This document shows positions 1-9,057 of a DNA stretch of 36,459 bases, piece by piece. The position numbers and the translations under genes are program-made. Origin of the DNA: Spirochaetales bacterium (lineage in GTDB: Bacteria > Spirochaetota > Spirochaetia > DSM-27196 > PWMO01); contig SKLB01000329.1 of NCBI GenBank assembly GCA_007123465.1, forward strand, positions 1-36,459, in the 5' to 3' direction. Position 1 is the stretch's first letter, and each line of letters starts with the position of its first letter. The notes under the pieces are model-generated. The model saw only the letters and a program-made list of their open reading frames with translations, did not search any database and was not told the DNA's origin.

Positions 1-971
1 ATGTGGAAGACGCTGCCGAAGTACGCAACCTCCGTACCGGCGTTGAGGCCCATCATGATCAGGCCGATCTGCGAAACCGTGGAGAAGGCCAGGATCAGCT
101 TCACGTCGCGGTGCACCAGAGCAATTGTGAAGCCGGCAACCGCGGTCAGCAGCGCGACAACGAAAAAGAAACCGGTTGTCTCAAAGACGCCCGAAAAGAT
201 CCACTGCACGCGCAGAAAGAGAAAGATACCGACTTTGACCTGCAGGCCAGACAGTACCGCGGATACCGCCGATGGCGCGGTCAACGCTCCGTGCGCGCTC
301 GGCAGCCAGCTGAACAGCGGCAGGATAGCGGCCTTCAGGCCGATGGCCGAAAGCAGCAGCGCGTACGGCAACGCCAGGCCGCGGGTGTCATCGAGCAGCT
401 GGATTCGCTCGGCTATCAGCGCCATGTCGAGTACACCGAAGGTCTTGTAAATGAAACCTACTCCCAGCAGAAAGAACGCCATTCCGAAGAGGTTCAGCAG
501 GATGTAGAGCAGGCCGTCGTACAGCGCCTGTTTGTCGCGTTTGTACATTATCAGGATACTGATGGTAATTGTTGCCAGCTCGATCAGTACGTAGACGTGG
601 AAGAGGTCGCCGGCCAGGAAGACACCGACGCTGACGCCCTGCAGCAGGACGAACAGGAACTGAAAGATATTGTCCATATAACGCTTGCCGTAGTTGAACA
701 GAAAGAGCAACAGGAACAGCAGCGAGGCGAGCAGCACCATGGTTATTGAAAGCGTATCGGCTACCAGGGCGATGCCGATGCCGTCGCTCCAACCGCCGAC
801 GTAGTGGCGTATCACACCGCCGGTTCTTACCTCGATGAAGACCAGCACAACCATGAGCAGGTGTAACAGTTGGACCAGAATCAGCACGTGCTTATAGATC
901 GAGCGCGGCAGGAAGTACCCAACAGTCGCGGCCAGGACCGGCAGAATAACCAGAGCGTAGAGCGGTATCAT
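1..971 (-). CDS. mrpD: Mrp/Mnh Na+/H+ antiporter subunit D (MbhH-like proton-conducting membrane subunit), 3' end truncated by the window edge
   Basis: Not in the ORF track; translated by hand from ATG at 971 (ATGA overlap with the mrpC stop): MIPLYALVILP...GGWSDGIGIALVAD...GDLFHVYVLIEL...GLKAAILPLFSWLPSAHG...VSAVLSGLQVKVG...KLILAFSTVSQIG. The frame stays open to the window start. Confidence 0.9.
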   Translation of the reverse strand, partial: MIPLYALVILPVLAATVGYFLPRSIYKHVLILVQLLHLLMVVLVFIEVRTGGVIRHYVGGWSDGIGIALVADTLSITMVLLASLLFLLLFLFNYGKRYMDNIFQFLFVLLQGVSVGVFLAGDLFHVYVLIELATITISILIMYKRDKQALYDGLLYILLNLFGMAFFLLGVGFIYKTFGVLDMALIAERIQLLDDTRGLALPYALLLSAIGLKAAILPLFSWLPSAHGALTAPSAVSAVLSGLQVKVGIFLFLRVQWIFSGVFETTGFFFVVALLTAVAGFTIALVHRDVKLILAFSTVSQIGLIMMGLNAGTEVAYFGSVFH

Positions 972-1315
972 CGTTTCTGTATCCGCTTGATGACGTTTTC
1001 CCAGTCAGCGGTTCCGTGCTTGCGGAAGAGACTGATGAAGATAGTCAAACTGACGGCGGTGACCGAAATACCGATCACAATCGCTGTGATCATCAGCGCC
1101 TGCGGCAATGGATCTGCCATGCGCTCAATGTCGGTGCTGCCAATCGGCGGGATGCTTCCCGGCTGGTAGTTTACGGTAATCAGGAACAGGATTGCACCGA
1201 AGTCCATGATATTGACCGAAACAATCGTCTTGATGATGTTACGCTTGACCAGCACGCCGTAAAGTCCAATGAAGAACAGTACCAGGCTGACGTTCTGTGC
1301 GGTTACGTACTGCAC
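968..1315 (-). CDS. mrpC: Mrp/Mnh antiporter subunit C
   Basis: IGLYGVLVKRNIIK and ADPLPQALMITAIVIG are MrpC signatures. Start moved to GTG 1315, which has GAGGA upstream. Confidence 0.92.
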   Translation of the reverse strand: MQYVTAQNVSLVLFFIGLYGVLVKRNIIKTIVSVNIMDFGAILFLITVNYQPGSIPPIGSTDIERMADPLPQALMITAIVIGISVTAVSLTIFISLFRKHGTADWENVIKRIQKR

Positions 1316-1316
1316 G

Positions 1317-1703
1317 TCATCGATCCTCGTAGAATGCGTAGCGAAACACGACAACCGTCAGTCCCAGAGCCACCTTGAAGCCGATGAGAAGGTTCATGAA
1401 CACCAGATAGACCTGGTTGTACTGTGGGAACCGGCGGCTGAGCGATCCGAAGACAAAGACAACCGGTACCAGGATGAGCACGGCCAGCAGCGCCTTCTCG
1501 ACATTGTGAGCACGTCCGATATTGAAGTCATCGGCATGGGCTACGATGTAGCGTCCGATAAACAGTACCGCCAGGATTGCACCGCCCTGAAAGCCGCCGC
1601 CGGGTGTGTCGTGACCGTTGAGGATAACGTAGATTCCGAACACGATGATGAACGGATAGAGCAGACCGGTGATGCTCGAGACAATCGATGCTTCCTGCTT
1701 CAC
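1317..1703 (-). CDS. mrpB: Mrp/Mnh antiporter subunit B (MnhB domain)
   Basis: NGHDTPGGGFQGG motif; hydrophobic, 128 aa; GTG start overlaps the upstream stop. Confidence 0.92.
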   Translation of the reverse strand: MKQEASIVSSITGLLYPFIIVFGIYVILNGHDTPGGGFQGGAILAVLFIGRYIVAHADDFNIGRAHNVEKALLAVLILVPVVFVFGSLSRRFPQYNQVYLVFMNLLIGFKVALGLTVVVFRYAFYEDR

Positions 1704-1960
1704 TTGTTGCCTCCTGCTCTGAAGAAGTGCAGCATGCCGATGATGCTGGTGATCAGGATCAGCGCCTCAAAGATGGTGTCGTACATGCGGTAGTTCAGAT
1801 AGATGGCCGCTACTGCGTTTCCGGCACCGGTATCGCTGGTGAAGTTCTGCAGGTAGTATGCCGATACTTCGTTGTCCAGTATCTCGCGGTGGCCGTTGGC
1901 GATGAAGAGTACCGATCCCATCAGGAGAACTACAAAAATGGTGAGCGCTACCTGCCGCAT
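1700..1960 (-). CDS. MbhE-like small Mrp subunit (split MrpA C-terminal / MrpB N-terminal module)
   Basis: GAGNAVAAIYLNYRMYDTIFEALIL matches the N-V-V-x-x-I-x-x-x-x-R-x-x-D-T-x-x-E motif of MbhE and the MrpA C-terminus. Confidence 0.82.
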   Translation of the reverse strand: MRQVALTIFVVLLMGSVLFIANGHREILDNEVSAYYLQNFTSDTGAGNAVAAIYLNYRMYDTIFEALILITSIIGMLHFFRAGGNK

Positions 1961-2524
1961 TCAGGACTCCTCCACAAAGCTGCCGTCTTCAGCGTAGCGC
2001 ATGAATCTGGTATTGAGGTCCTGGTAACGCAGAATCAACAGCATCTCGAGTTCATCGACAAAGTAGTTTTCCTGGCTGCCGTAGATTGTCAGCTGATCGC
2101 CTTCCTGGCGGATGATGAGGTCATACTTGCGCGTTTCCATCAGTGTCTCGAGGTCTTCGGGTGTGAAGACAACCTGCGGTTCCAGTTCCTTGGAGATGCA
2201 GAACTGTTCGACTTCGTGCAGCAGCTGCCCGCGACGCGTACCCTCTACGATGTAGCGGTCATCGACCTCGCGAAACATCTGGTTGGTGAAACAGATGTTG
2301 TAGACCCGGTAGCGTTTGAGCGCCGTAAGGTAGAGCAGCGTCACCAGGCCGCTGGCCATAACCGCTTCGGCGATCGCAACGTCCGGCGCACCGTAATAGA
2401 GGTAGAGAAACGAGAGCAACAGCGAAAAAATACCGAGGAATACCACCGCCATGCGCAGGATCTGAGTCTCAACGGCAACGATTGCCAGCAGAATCAACAG
2501 CAGCAGAAGAATCGCCTCAATCAA
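1961..2524 (-). CDS. DUF4040/MbhD-type Mrp subunit with a soluble C-terminal extension of about 115 aa
   Basis: Three hydrophobic helices with GAPDVAIAEA (DUF4040 APDVAxxE motif), then a hydrophilic acidic tail. Start moved to TTG 2524, downstream of AAAGGA and overlapping the mrpG end. Confidence 0.8.
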   Translation of the reverse strand: MIEAILLLLLILLAIVAVETQILRMAVVFLGIFSLLLSFLYLYYGAPDVAIAEAVMASGLVTLLYLTALKRYRVYNICFTNQMFREVDDRYIVEGTRRGQLLHEVEQFCISKELEPQVVFTPEDLETLMETRKYDLIIRQEGDQLTIYGSQENYFVDELEMLLILRYQDLNTRFMRYAEDGSFVEES

Positions 2525-2831
2525 CTCGAACGTCCTTTCTGATCCTGTAGCCGCTGGCGTAGGCCGAGTGCGCAATCGAGTGAGTGGAGATCGGGCTGGT
2601 CAGCAGCTCGAAGACCACAATCAGTGCAAGCTTCAGCGTGAAGAAGCTGAACCCCTCAATCAGCATGGCACCGAAGATCAGTGTCAGAAAGCCAACGGTA
2701 TCGACCTTGGCCGTGATCACCACGCGCGAGTAGAAGTCTCTGAATCGCAGCACGCTGTAGATGCCGAATGCCATGAATACCAGGCCGATTCCGATCAGGA
2801 TCTGACCGATCAGGTGTGCTATCTGAGCCAT
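2517..2831 (-). CDS. mrpG: Mrp/Mnh antiporter subunit G
   Basis: RFRDFYSR...AKVDTVG...LLTSPISTHSIA fits the MnhG pattern. Confidence 0.9.
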   Translation of the reverse strand: MAQIAHLIGQILIGIGLVFMAFGIYSVLRFRDFYSRVVITAKVDTVGFLTLIFGAMLIEGFSFFTLKLALIVVFELLTSPISTHSIAHSAYASGYRIRKDVRVD

Positions 2832-3088
2832 TATTCGCCCTTCCGTTCTATGAATCGCGCTATCAGCACACTACCGATGAAACCGAGCAGCGCGTAGACT
2901 ATAGCGATATCGAGCAGGAACGTGCGCTGAATCATCAGCGCAAAGACAATGATCGCCATGATGATCTTGGAGGAAATGAGATTGAGCCCCAGCAGGCGAT
3001 CCCAGATAGTCGGGCCAATCACTACGCGGATGATCCCGCCAATGGTAAGCAGTGCCAGCGTCAGCAGCACTGCGTCGTAGAAGCTCAC
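2831..3088 (-). CDS. mrpF: Mrp/Mnh antiporter subunit F
   Basis: RVVIGPTIWDRLLGLN and LDIAIVYALLGFIGS fit the MnhF pattern. Confidence 0.92.
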   Translation of the reverse strand: MSFYDAVLLTLALLTIGGIIRVVIGPTIWDRLLGLNLISSKIIMAIIVFALMIQRTFLLDIAIVYALLGFIGSVLIARFIERKGE

Positions 3089-3576
3089 GATTTGCCTCCC
3101 GATATCATGCGCTCAAAGTTCTGCTTGATCATAGGCCCCGCTACTTCGGGGTCAGTGGTCACACAATCGATCCAGATGACCCTGAGGTTGTTACCGTAGC
3201 GCTCGAGTGTTACCGTGCCGGGAGTGAGGGTGATCGAGTTGGCCAACAGCGCAATGTGAAAGTCACTCTCGAGGGTGGTGTGAACGTCTACGATGCCCAC
3301 ATGAACCTGGCCGCGCAGCACCTTGATCAGCGCCTGAATGCCGGCGACGTAGATCTGGATAATCAGCGAGGCCACGTACCTGACGCCAACCCACAGTCCG
3401 AGCCGATAGTCGGACTCGTAGTCGGCCCGCAGAACGTAGCGGTTGGTCACAATCATTGTCAGCAGCCCGATCAGCGAGCCAACTGCTACCGTTGTCAGTG
3501 AGAATTGCTCTTCCAGGATGATCCAGACAACCGCGAATACGGCCATCATGCTGATATGATGCAACAGACGTCTCAT
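3085..3576 (-). CDS. mrpE: Mrp/Mnh antiporter subunit E
   Basis: LLANSITLTPGTVTL is the MnhE signature. Start moved to ATG 3576 to avoid overlap with the GDPD gene. Confidence 0.92.
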   Translation of the reverse strand: MRRLLHHISMMAVFAVVWIILEEQFSLTTVAVGSLIGLLTMIVTNRYVLRADYESDYRLGLWVGVRYVASLIIQIYVAGIQALIKVLRGQVHVGIVDVHTTLESDFHIALLANSITLTPGTVTLERYGNNLRVIWIDCVTTDPEVAGPMIKQNFERMISGGKS

Positions 3577-3587
3577 AAGCCTGCGCA

Positions 3588-3596
3588 AATATAGCA
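3588..3596 (-). promoter_or_regulatory. Possible extended -10 element (TGcTATATT) upstream of mrpE
   Basis: Minus strand reads TGC-TATATT, then 11 nt, then the mrpE ATG, within the 44-nt GDPD-mrpE gap. Confidence 0.35.
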
Positions 3597-3620
3597 GGTA
3601 TTGAAGGCTGTAGGAACTGG

Positions 3621-4649
3621 TCAGCGAGGTGTTGCCGGGATGATCACATCGCGAACCGGCGCTGAATTCGGTTGCTGCGGGAGCCGCTGCAGGAAGTCCA
3701 GCACGAGCTCGGGGCGGTCGGTTATAAAACCGCTTGCCTGAAACTGTGCCAGGACTCTGATCTGCCACAGGTAATTGATGGTATACGGCAGGACGAACAT
3801 CTGTTTTTCGTGTGCCGCCGCGATGTGCCACGGCCACGCCATGAAACCCTTGAGGCCCAAGCCGTGCGCTATCGGTTCAGCAACCTCCAGCCAGCTTCTC
3901 CAGCGCAGGTGCGTTATCATGGTGTCGCTTATCAGCAGTAACCGTGGTATTTCCGCTGCCACATCCTGGAAGCGGAGCAGGCTCGCTGGAGAGAAAGAGA
4001 AGAAGATGGTACGCGTGTGTTCGGCTTTGCCGGCCGAGGCTTTATCGATTACCCGGCCGCTCTCGGTCTGCTTCAGCCAGCCTTCGGCCAGCAGCGTGTC
4101 GATGATCTGCTGCTCGATGCCGGGGTATCGCTCGGGGTGCTTGCTCTCGAGTATGAGTCCTGTGGTATGCTCGCCGGATTCGGCTATAGCGATCAGCTCG
4201 CTCAGCGTCAGGATCTCGAGCCCCTCGTATTCCGGTCGTGCCCGCAGCGGAAACGCCTGATTGAACCAGCTGCCGTAGTCCAGCATTCTCAGCTCTGCCA
4301 GCGCAAAGCTTCCGACCGGGTCGTGCTGTCGCCGCGGGAAGAGCTCGCTAACGTTTGAGGTGCGCCTGAGATCGGAGTCGTGAAAGATGATCAGCTCTCC
4401 GTCGGCGCTGCGCTGTACGTCGGCTTCGAGATAGTCCGAACCGAGCCGCGCTGCAATCTCGTACGCCGGCGTGGTGGACTCCGGTGCCACAACTGAAGCG
4501 CCGCGGTGAGCTATTACCGCAGGGTGTGGAATTGAAAGCTGATCCAGAATCCGGGGTGCGCGCACGTCCGGATTGATGACGTAATACGCTCCATAGAAGA
4601 ACATCAAAAGAGCGCTGAGAACTGCTGTTATTGTGATTATCAGCTTCAT
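3621..4649 (-). CDS. Glycerophosphodiester phosphodiesterase family protein with N-terminal membrane anchor
   Basis: IAHRGAS...APEST, YLEADV, IFHDSDLRRT, LESK and GFITDRP are GDPD motifs; the N-terminus is hydrophobic. Confidence 0.92.
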   Translation of the reverse strand: MKLIITITAVLSALLMFFYGAYYVINPDVRAPRILDQLSIPHPAVIAHRGASVVAPESTTPAYEIAARLGSDYLEADVQRSADGELIIFHDSDLRRTSNVSELFPRRQHDPVGSFALAELRMLDYGSWFNQAFPLRARPEYEGLEILTLSELIAIAESGEHTTGLILESKHPERYPGIEQQIIDTLLAEGWLKQTESGRVIDKASAGKAEHTRTIFFSFSPASLLRFQDVAAEIPRLLLISDTMITHLRWRSWLEVAEPIAHGLGLKGFMAWPWHIAAAHEKQMFVLPYTINYLWQIRVLAQFQASGFITDRPELVLDFLQRLPQQPNSAPVRDVIIPATPR

Positions 4650-4666
4650 TGATTGGTGGTACCCGA

Positions 4667-6544
4667 TCAGCCGCCGTTGCGCCGCGTTACCAGCATCAAC
4701 TCCCGTAGATAGCGGATAGTGTCCAGCGCCCGCCGCTGCTTGTCGGGCGGGATCTCGATGGCAGCCTGCCTGCCTTCAACATAGCCAACTTCTTCCAGTT
4801 CTCCAAGTTCGGCCACGTACAACTGATCACGGTAGAGGATCTGGGGCAGCTCGTGGATGAAGAGTACCGGTTTGTAGCCGGGTTGCAGCAGCGAGCTGCC
4901 CGAGAAACTCTCGGGTACTTCGGCAAAGCCCAGAATATCCAGAATAGTCGGGGCCAGATCGGTAATGCTACCGGCCTTTTCGATGATTCCCGGCTCTATA
5001 TCCGGATGCGAGATGAGAAGAGGAATGTGTTCGGGCTGCTTCAGGTTGCGGTCAATTGTGAAGCCGATACTCGATGAATACTCCGCGGTATCGATAGCCG
5101 CTTCGTGGTCGGAGTAGATCACAAGCAGGGTGTTCTCTGCCAGTCCACGCTGCTCCAGCTCGCCAAAGAACATCTGCAGCGCCTGGTCGACAAAATAGAT
5201 CGAGTTGAAGAAGTCGCGCACCAACGCGCTGTTGAGTTGCTCGAATTGCGGCTGCGCGAATTGCGGCGGGTAGAAGGAGAACGGGGTGTGACTGGTGACC
5301 GTGATAAGGTAGGCAAAGAATGGCTGCTCCGCCTGTTCGATATAATCGAGTGACTGATAGAGAAAATCCCAGTCGTTGATCCCCAGATACGCATCTTCGA
5401 CATGGAAGCGCTTGCGCGACTGCGAGAAGTCCGGTCTGGCATAGAAGCGGTCAAAACCGAGTTCGGGATAGGCGCGGTGACGGTAGAAGAACTCGGCATC
5501 GTTGCCGTGCAGCGCAATGGTACGGTATCCGGCGTCATTGAGGATTGCCACAAGCGAGTCGAAGCGGGTCATGTCGTTCTCGCGGAATGAGTAGTGACGG
5601 TTGACCGGGTAGAGTCCGGTCAACAGCGAGAAATCGGCATCAAAACTTCCATTGACGTGCTGTGCGTAGAAGTTGTCAGCGTAGAGGCTGTCCTGCTTGA
5701 GCGAGTTCACAAATGGCGTCACCTCGCGACCGAGGTAACGGTAGTCGATGAGCTTCTTGTCCAGCGATTCCACCTGGATGACAACCACGTTTGTGTCTGC
5801 TGCAACCAGCGCCTCTCCGTCAAGCGCGCGTGTAGCGGGCATTGGTGGCGGTTGCGACTGCTCACGCACCAGCGTTTCGGGCTGCGGATCGGCGCGGTGA
5901 TCGATAAAGAACTCGGCTGCGTAGAGTGGTGCCAGCCCATACACCGCCACAAATCCGGCACTGCTTTCGCGGTAGAGTTCCGCCGGTGTCAATCCGCCAC
6001 GACGCAGGTTGCCGACAAAAATCTGCGTAACTACAATCAGCGCCACGCTGAGCAGCGCTGTAACACGGGTGCTGGTGCGCGTCAGCCGACGGAACTCGCG
6101 GTAACGGTGCGGGCGAATAGCGGGGTTCTTCCGGCGCCCAACGGTGAGCCCCATGATCAACAGGTCCATCAGAAAGAGCAGATCGGTGGGTCGCATGATG
6201 TGGCGCAGCACCACAGCGGTCGGATCGTAGCCTTCTCCGGTGGTCATCTCGCTGATGCTGAGGAAGTTGCCAAAATAGCGGTTGTACCACAGGTTGGCCA
6301 TGAACGCCACGCTGATCAGCAGCGAAGTCAGCAACAAGGCCAGACGAGCCGGGCGCAGTCTGAGCAGCGGAAGAATGAAGCAGATTGCCACGACGACAAT
6401 GACGATATTCCGCGATGCTATAATCGGCCAGGTACGCGCGCTGAAGATGTGGACCAGCATGATGTTGTACTTGACCAGCACTCCAGCCAGGAATGAGGCG
6501 AAGAACAGCATCGTTCGGTTTGTGGTACTCTGATTTCTGCTCAT
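4667..6544 (-). CDS. LTA synthase family / phosphoglycerol transferase (alkaline phosphatase-sulfatase superfamily) membrane protein
   Basis: Multi-TM N-terminus, then QVESLD, EVTPFVNSL, NGSFDADF, LITVTSHTPF, YSDH and DLAPTIL. Start set to ATG 6544. Confidence 0.88.
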   Translation of the reverse strand: MSRNQSTTNRTMLFFASFLAGVLVKYNIMLVHIFSARTWPIIASRNIVIVVVAICFILPLLRLRPARLALLLTSLLISVAFMANLWYNRYFGNFLSISEMTTGEGYDPTAVVLRHIMRPTDLLFLMDLLIMGLTVGRRKNPAIRPHRYREFRRLTRTSTRVTALLSVALIVVTQIFVGNLRRGGLTPAELYRESSAGFVAVYGLAPLYAAEFFIDHRADPQPETLVREQSQPPPMPATRALDGEALVAADTNVVVIQVESLDKKLIDYRYLGREVTPFVNSLKQDSLYADNFYAQHVNGSFDADFSLLTGLYPVNRHYSFRENDMTRFDSLVAILNDAGYRTIALHGNDAEFFYRHRAYPELGFDRFYARPDFSQSRKRFHVEDAYLGINDWDFLYQSLDYIEQAEQPFFAYLITVTSHTPFSFYPPQFAQPQFEQLNSALVRDFFNSIYFVDQALQMFFGELEQRGLAENTLLVIYSDHEAAIDTAEYSSSIGFTIDRNLKQPEHIPLLISHPDIEPGIIEKAGSITDLAPTILDILGFAEVPESFSGSSLLQPGYKPVLFIHELPQILYRDQLYVAELGELEEVGYVEGRQAAIEIPPDKQRRALDTIRYLRELMLVTRRNGG

Positions 6545-6628
6545 GATAAACCACCGATCGCATACGCGTGGCAGCAATCAGAATATCATATCCAGCCAGA
6601 ACTCGGCCAGCGCGAATGAAGTCTCCGG

Positions 6629-6657
6629 TTGACAACCGCGCACTTCGGTCCTATCCT
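6629..6657 (+). promoter_or_regulatory. Sigma70-type promoter for the PTS IIA gene
   Basis: TTGACA-17 nt-TATCCT; the ATG follows 9 nt after the -10 with no SD. Confidence 0.6.
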
Positions 6658-6666
6658 CCTTTCATT

Positions 6667-7110
6667 ATGTTGAAAGAAGCGTTAAGCCAGGATCTGGTGA
6701 CGGTCGGACTCAGCGTGCGCAACAAGCAGGAAGTCATTAATGCGCTGCTTGATATGCTGTGCAGTACGGGTAAGGTCAAGGATCGCCAGCAGGCGTTGCA
6801 AGACATCCTGGCCAACGAGGAACGCATGTCAACCGGACTTGAACAGGGTATCGCGATTCCGCACGCCAAGACCGATGCCGTTGATGAGATGATTGCGTGT
6901 GTGGCGGTCAGCGACCACAAGATCGATTTTGAGAGCATCGATCATAAGCCGGCGCACATTTTTATCATGACGTTATCGCCCAAAGGTCAGACCGGACCGC
7001 ATATGAAGTTTCTGGCCGAGGTCAGTCGTCTGCTCAAGGACAAGAAAGCGCGTGAGAAGGTCTTAGCAGCCAGGGATTCGGCAGAGCTTTTCGAGTTGCT
7101 GACCGGATGA
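6667..7110 (+). CDS. PTS IIA domain protein (fructose/mannitol/Ntr family), stand-alone
   Basis: ERMSTGLEQGIAIPHAK with the phospho-His; IDFESIDHKPAHIF. Start moved to ATG 6667. Confidence 0.9.
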   Translation: MLKEALSQDLVTVGLSVRNKQEVINALLDMLCSTGKVKDRQQALQDILANEERMSTGLEQGIAIPHAKTDAVDEMIACVAVSDHKIDFESIDHKPAHIFIMTLSPKGQTGPHMKFLAEVSRLLKDKKAREKVLAARDSAELFELLTG

Positions 7111-7272
7111 CCTGCTCTGACCCAGCGCAAAGCGGCCGCGACGGTTCTGCTGCTTCAAAATGCCCCCGGAAAAAAACAATTTTGGCAACAGTCAGTATTG
7201 GTTGAGCAATCGACTATAGTGTGGTATCAATACCCGACACTCTTAAACCTACGCAGTGACAAGGAGCAAGAC

Positions 7273-7434
7273 ATGCAGAAGTACGTATGCGACGTGTGCG
7301 GCTACATCTACGATCCCGAAGAGGGTGATCCGGATAACGGTATCGAAGCCGGTACCAGCTTTGAAGCGCTTCCCGAGGACTGGGTATGTCCGATGTGCGG
7401 TGCGGGGAAAGAAGACTTCTCGCTCGAGGACTGA
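7273..7434 (+). CDS. Rubredoxin
   Basis: [12 protein letters not shown]...WVCPMCG; AAGGAG SD upstream of ATG 7273; 53 aa. Confidence 0.97.
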   Translation: MQKYVCDVCGYIYDPEEGDPDNGIEAGTSFEALPEDWVCPMCGAGKEDFSLED

Positions 7435-7442
7435 GCCTGCTG

Positions 7443-8498
7443 CTACGCCAGTAATGCCGCCTGCCTCTTGTAGTGGTCTTCGAGCACGAGGCAGGCCATT
7501 GCTTCCACAACCGGTACGATCCGCGGGCATATGCACGCGTCGTGACGGCCTTCAGTACTGATCACCGTCTCTTCACCGCTTACGCTCACCGTGCGCTGTG
7601 GCTTGGCGATCGACGAGGTAGGTTTCACCGCCACACGGAATACAATCTCCTCACCGGTTGAGATGCCGCCGATAATACCGCCGGCGTTGTTGGTCAGGAA
7701 CCCCGCGCTTCCCATCTGGTCATTGTGCTGGCTGCCGGTCATGTCGGCGACCTTGAAACCGGCGCCGAATTCGATACCTTTCACCGACCCGACCGAAAGC
7801 ATTGCGTGGGCTATTTCGGCGTCCAGCTTATCGAAGACAGGCTCTCCCAGGCCGGCTTCGAGGCCGCTGATGCGGCATTCAACAACTCCGCCGACGCTGT
7901 CGTTGTCTTCCTTGAGACGCGTGATGTACTCAAGCATCTGCTGCGCCGCCAGCGGGTCGCAGGCGCGCAACGGGTTGTGCTCGATAACACTGGGATCAAA
8001 TTGCCGACACTCAATACCGCCTGCCTTGACGGTATACGCCAGTACCGATACACCGCGGCGCTGCAGCAGCTTGCGTGCCACCGCGCCGGCGGCAACACGC
8101 CCGGAGGTCTCGCGGCCCGAAGCGCGGCCGCTGCCGCGCCAGTCGCGGATGCCGTACTTGCGCAGGTAGGTGTAGTCTGCGTGACCGGGGCGGAAGAGGT
8201 CTTTTATGGCGTTGTAGGCCGACGGTTCGGCATCTGAATTGTACAGGATCAACATCATCGGGGTGCCGGTTGCCTTACCCTCAAAGATCCCCGACAGAAT
8301 GCTTACCGTGTCGGGCTCGCTTCGCGGCGTGGTTATGAAAGACTGTCCCGGTTTGCGGCGATCGAGCTGCAACTGGATTTCTTCGCTCGAGATCTCAAGG
8401 CCGGGCGTGACACCGTCAACTACCACCCCCACGGCACCTCCGTGCGACTCTCCGAAGGTGGTTATGCGGAAGGAGTGTCCAAAGCTGCTGCCTGGCAT
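7443..8498 (-). CDS. aroC: Chorismate synthase
   Basis: TFGESHG, RPGHADY, GRASGRET, VKPTSSI and GRHDAC. Start at ATG 8498 (MPGSSFG). Confidence 0.97.
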   Translation of the reverse strand: MPGSSFGHSFRITTFGESHGGAVGVVVDGVTPGLEISSEEIQLQLDRRKPGQSFITTPRSEPDTVSILSGIFEGKATGTPMMLILYNSDAEPSAYNAIKDLFRPGHADYTYLRKYGIRDWRGSGRASGRETSGRVAAGAVARKLLQRRGVSVLAYTVKAGGIECRQFDPSVIEHNPLRACDPLAAQQMLEYITRLKEDNDSVGGVVECRISGLEAGLGEPVFDKLDAEIAHAMLSVGSVKGIEFGAGFKVADMTGSQHNDQMGSAGFLTNNAGGIIGGISTGEEIVFRVAVKPTSSIAKPQRTVSVSGEETVISTEGRHDACICPRIVPVVEAMACLVLEDHYKRQAALLA

Positions 8499-8502
8499 GG
8501 TG

Positions 8503-9057
8503 CTACCTCTCCAATGACTGAATGACGGCCGTAAGGCTCTCGGCCAGATTCTTGTTAGTGATATCCACAACACAATCGGCACGCTGCCGATAGAGCGCGT
8601 CGCGGCGCAGGAAAAGCTCATGGAACGACGCCTCCGGATCGGCGGAGTCCAGAAAAGGCGGTACGCCGCCTTGGATAATGCGCCGATAGAGGACCTGCTC
8701 CTGCTGCACAAGATACAGAAAAACGCCGCTTGCGTCCAAGCAGCTCATTGCGCGCTGGTTTTCAATGGTGCCGCCGCCGAGAGCTACAATCTGTACGCCT
8801 TTGTGTGGTACCGCATTGGCGCTGACTTCCCGTGCGGCCTCGGCTTCGATCTGTGCAAAGCCCTGCGGGCCCAGCGTGCGGTAGACTTCGCGTACGCTGG
8901 TAAGAAGCCCGCGCCGGCTGCGTGAGAAGCGCTGCAGGATGACGTCATCGAGATCAATGAACGTGCCACCCACGTGACGCGCCAGCATTGCACCGAGCGT
9001 ACTCTTGCCGCTGTGCTTGATACCCATAATATAGACCCTCGGTGCCTCGATGTTCAC
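8503..9057 (-). CDS. aroK: Shikimate kinase
   Basis: GIKHSGKST Walker A, FIDLD and ALGGG; directly upstream of aroC. Confidence 0.9.
   Translation of the reverse strand: MNIEAPRVYIMGIKHSGKSTLGAMLARHVGGTFIDLDDVILQRFSRSRRGLLTSVREVYRTLGPQGFAQIEAEAAREVSANAVPHKGVQIVALGGGTIENQRAMSCLDASGVFLYLVQQEQVLYRRIIQGGVPPFLDSADPEASFHELFLRRDALYRQRADCVVDITNKNLAESLTAVIQSLER

Noticed and set aside
3-749. Plus-strand ORFs (248 aa and 149 aa) at the window start
   Set aside because: Antisense shadows of the minus-strand mrpD that the ORF track missed; no motifs.
6578-6643. 21-codon minus-strand ORF (GTG 6643) behind AAAGGAGG, in frame with the LtaS-like gene and separated from it by a TGA; considered read-through or selenocysteine
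   Set aside because: The SD-like sequence is the complement of the plus-strand -10 region, its spacing is long (11 nt), no SECIS-like hairpin is evident, and LtaS has its own plausible start.
7111-7272. Intergenic region with an A-run before rubredoxin; considered ncRNA, riboswitch or PerR/Fur box
   Set aside because: No convincing stem structure or consensus match by eye.
7273-7434. Rubredoxin as the electron acceptor of the NqrA-less complex
   Set aside because: It lies about 4.5 kb away on the opposite strand with unrelated genes in between; nothing in the sequence links them.
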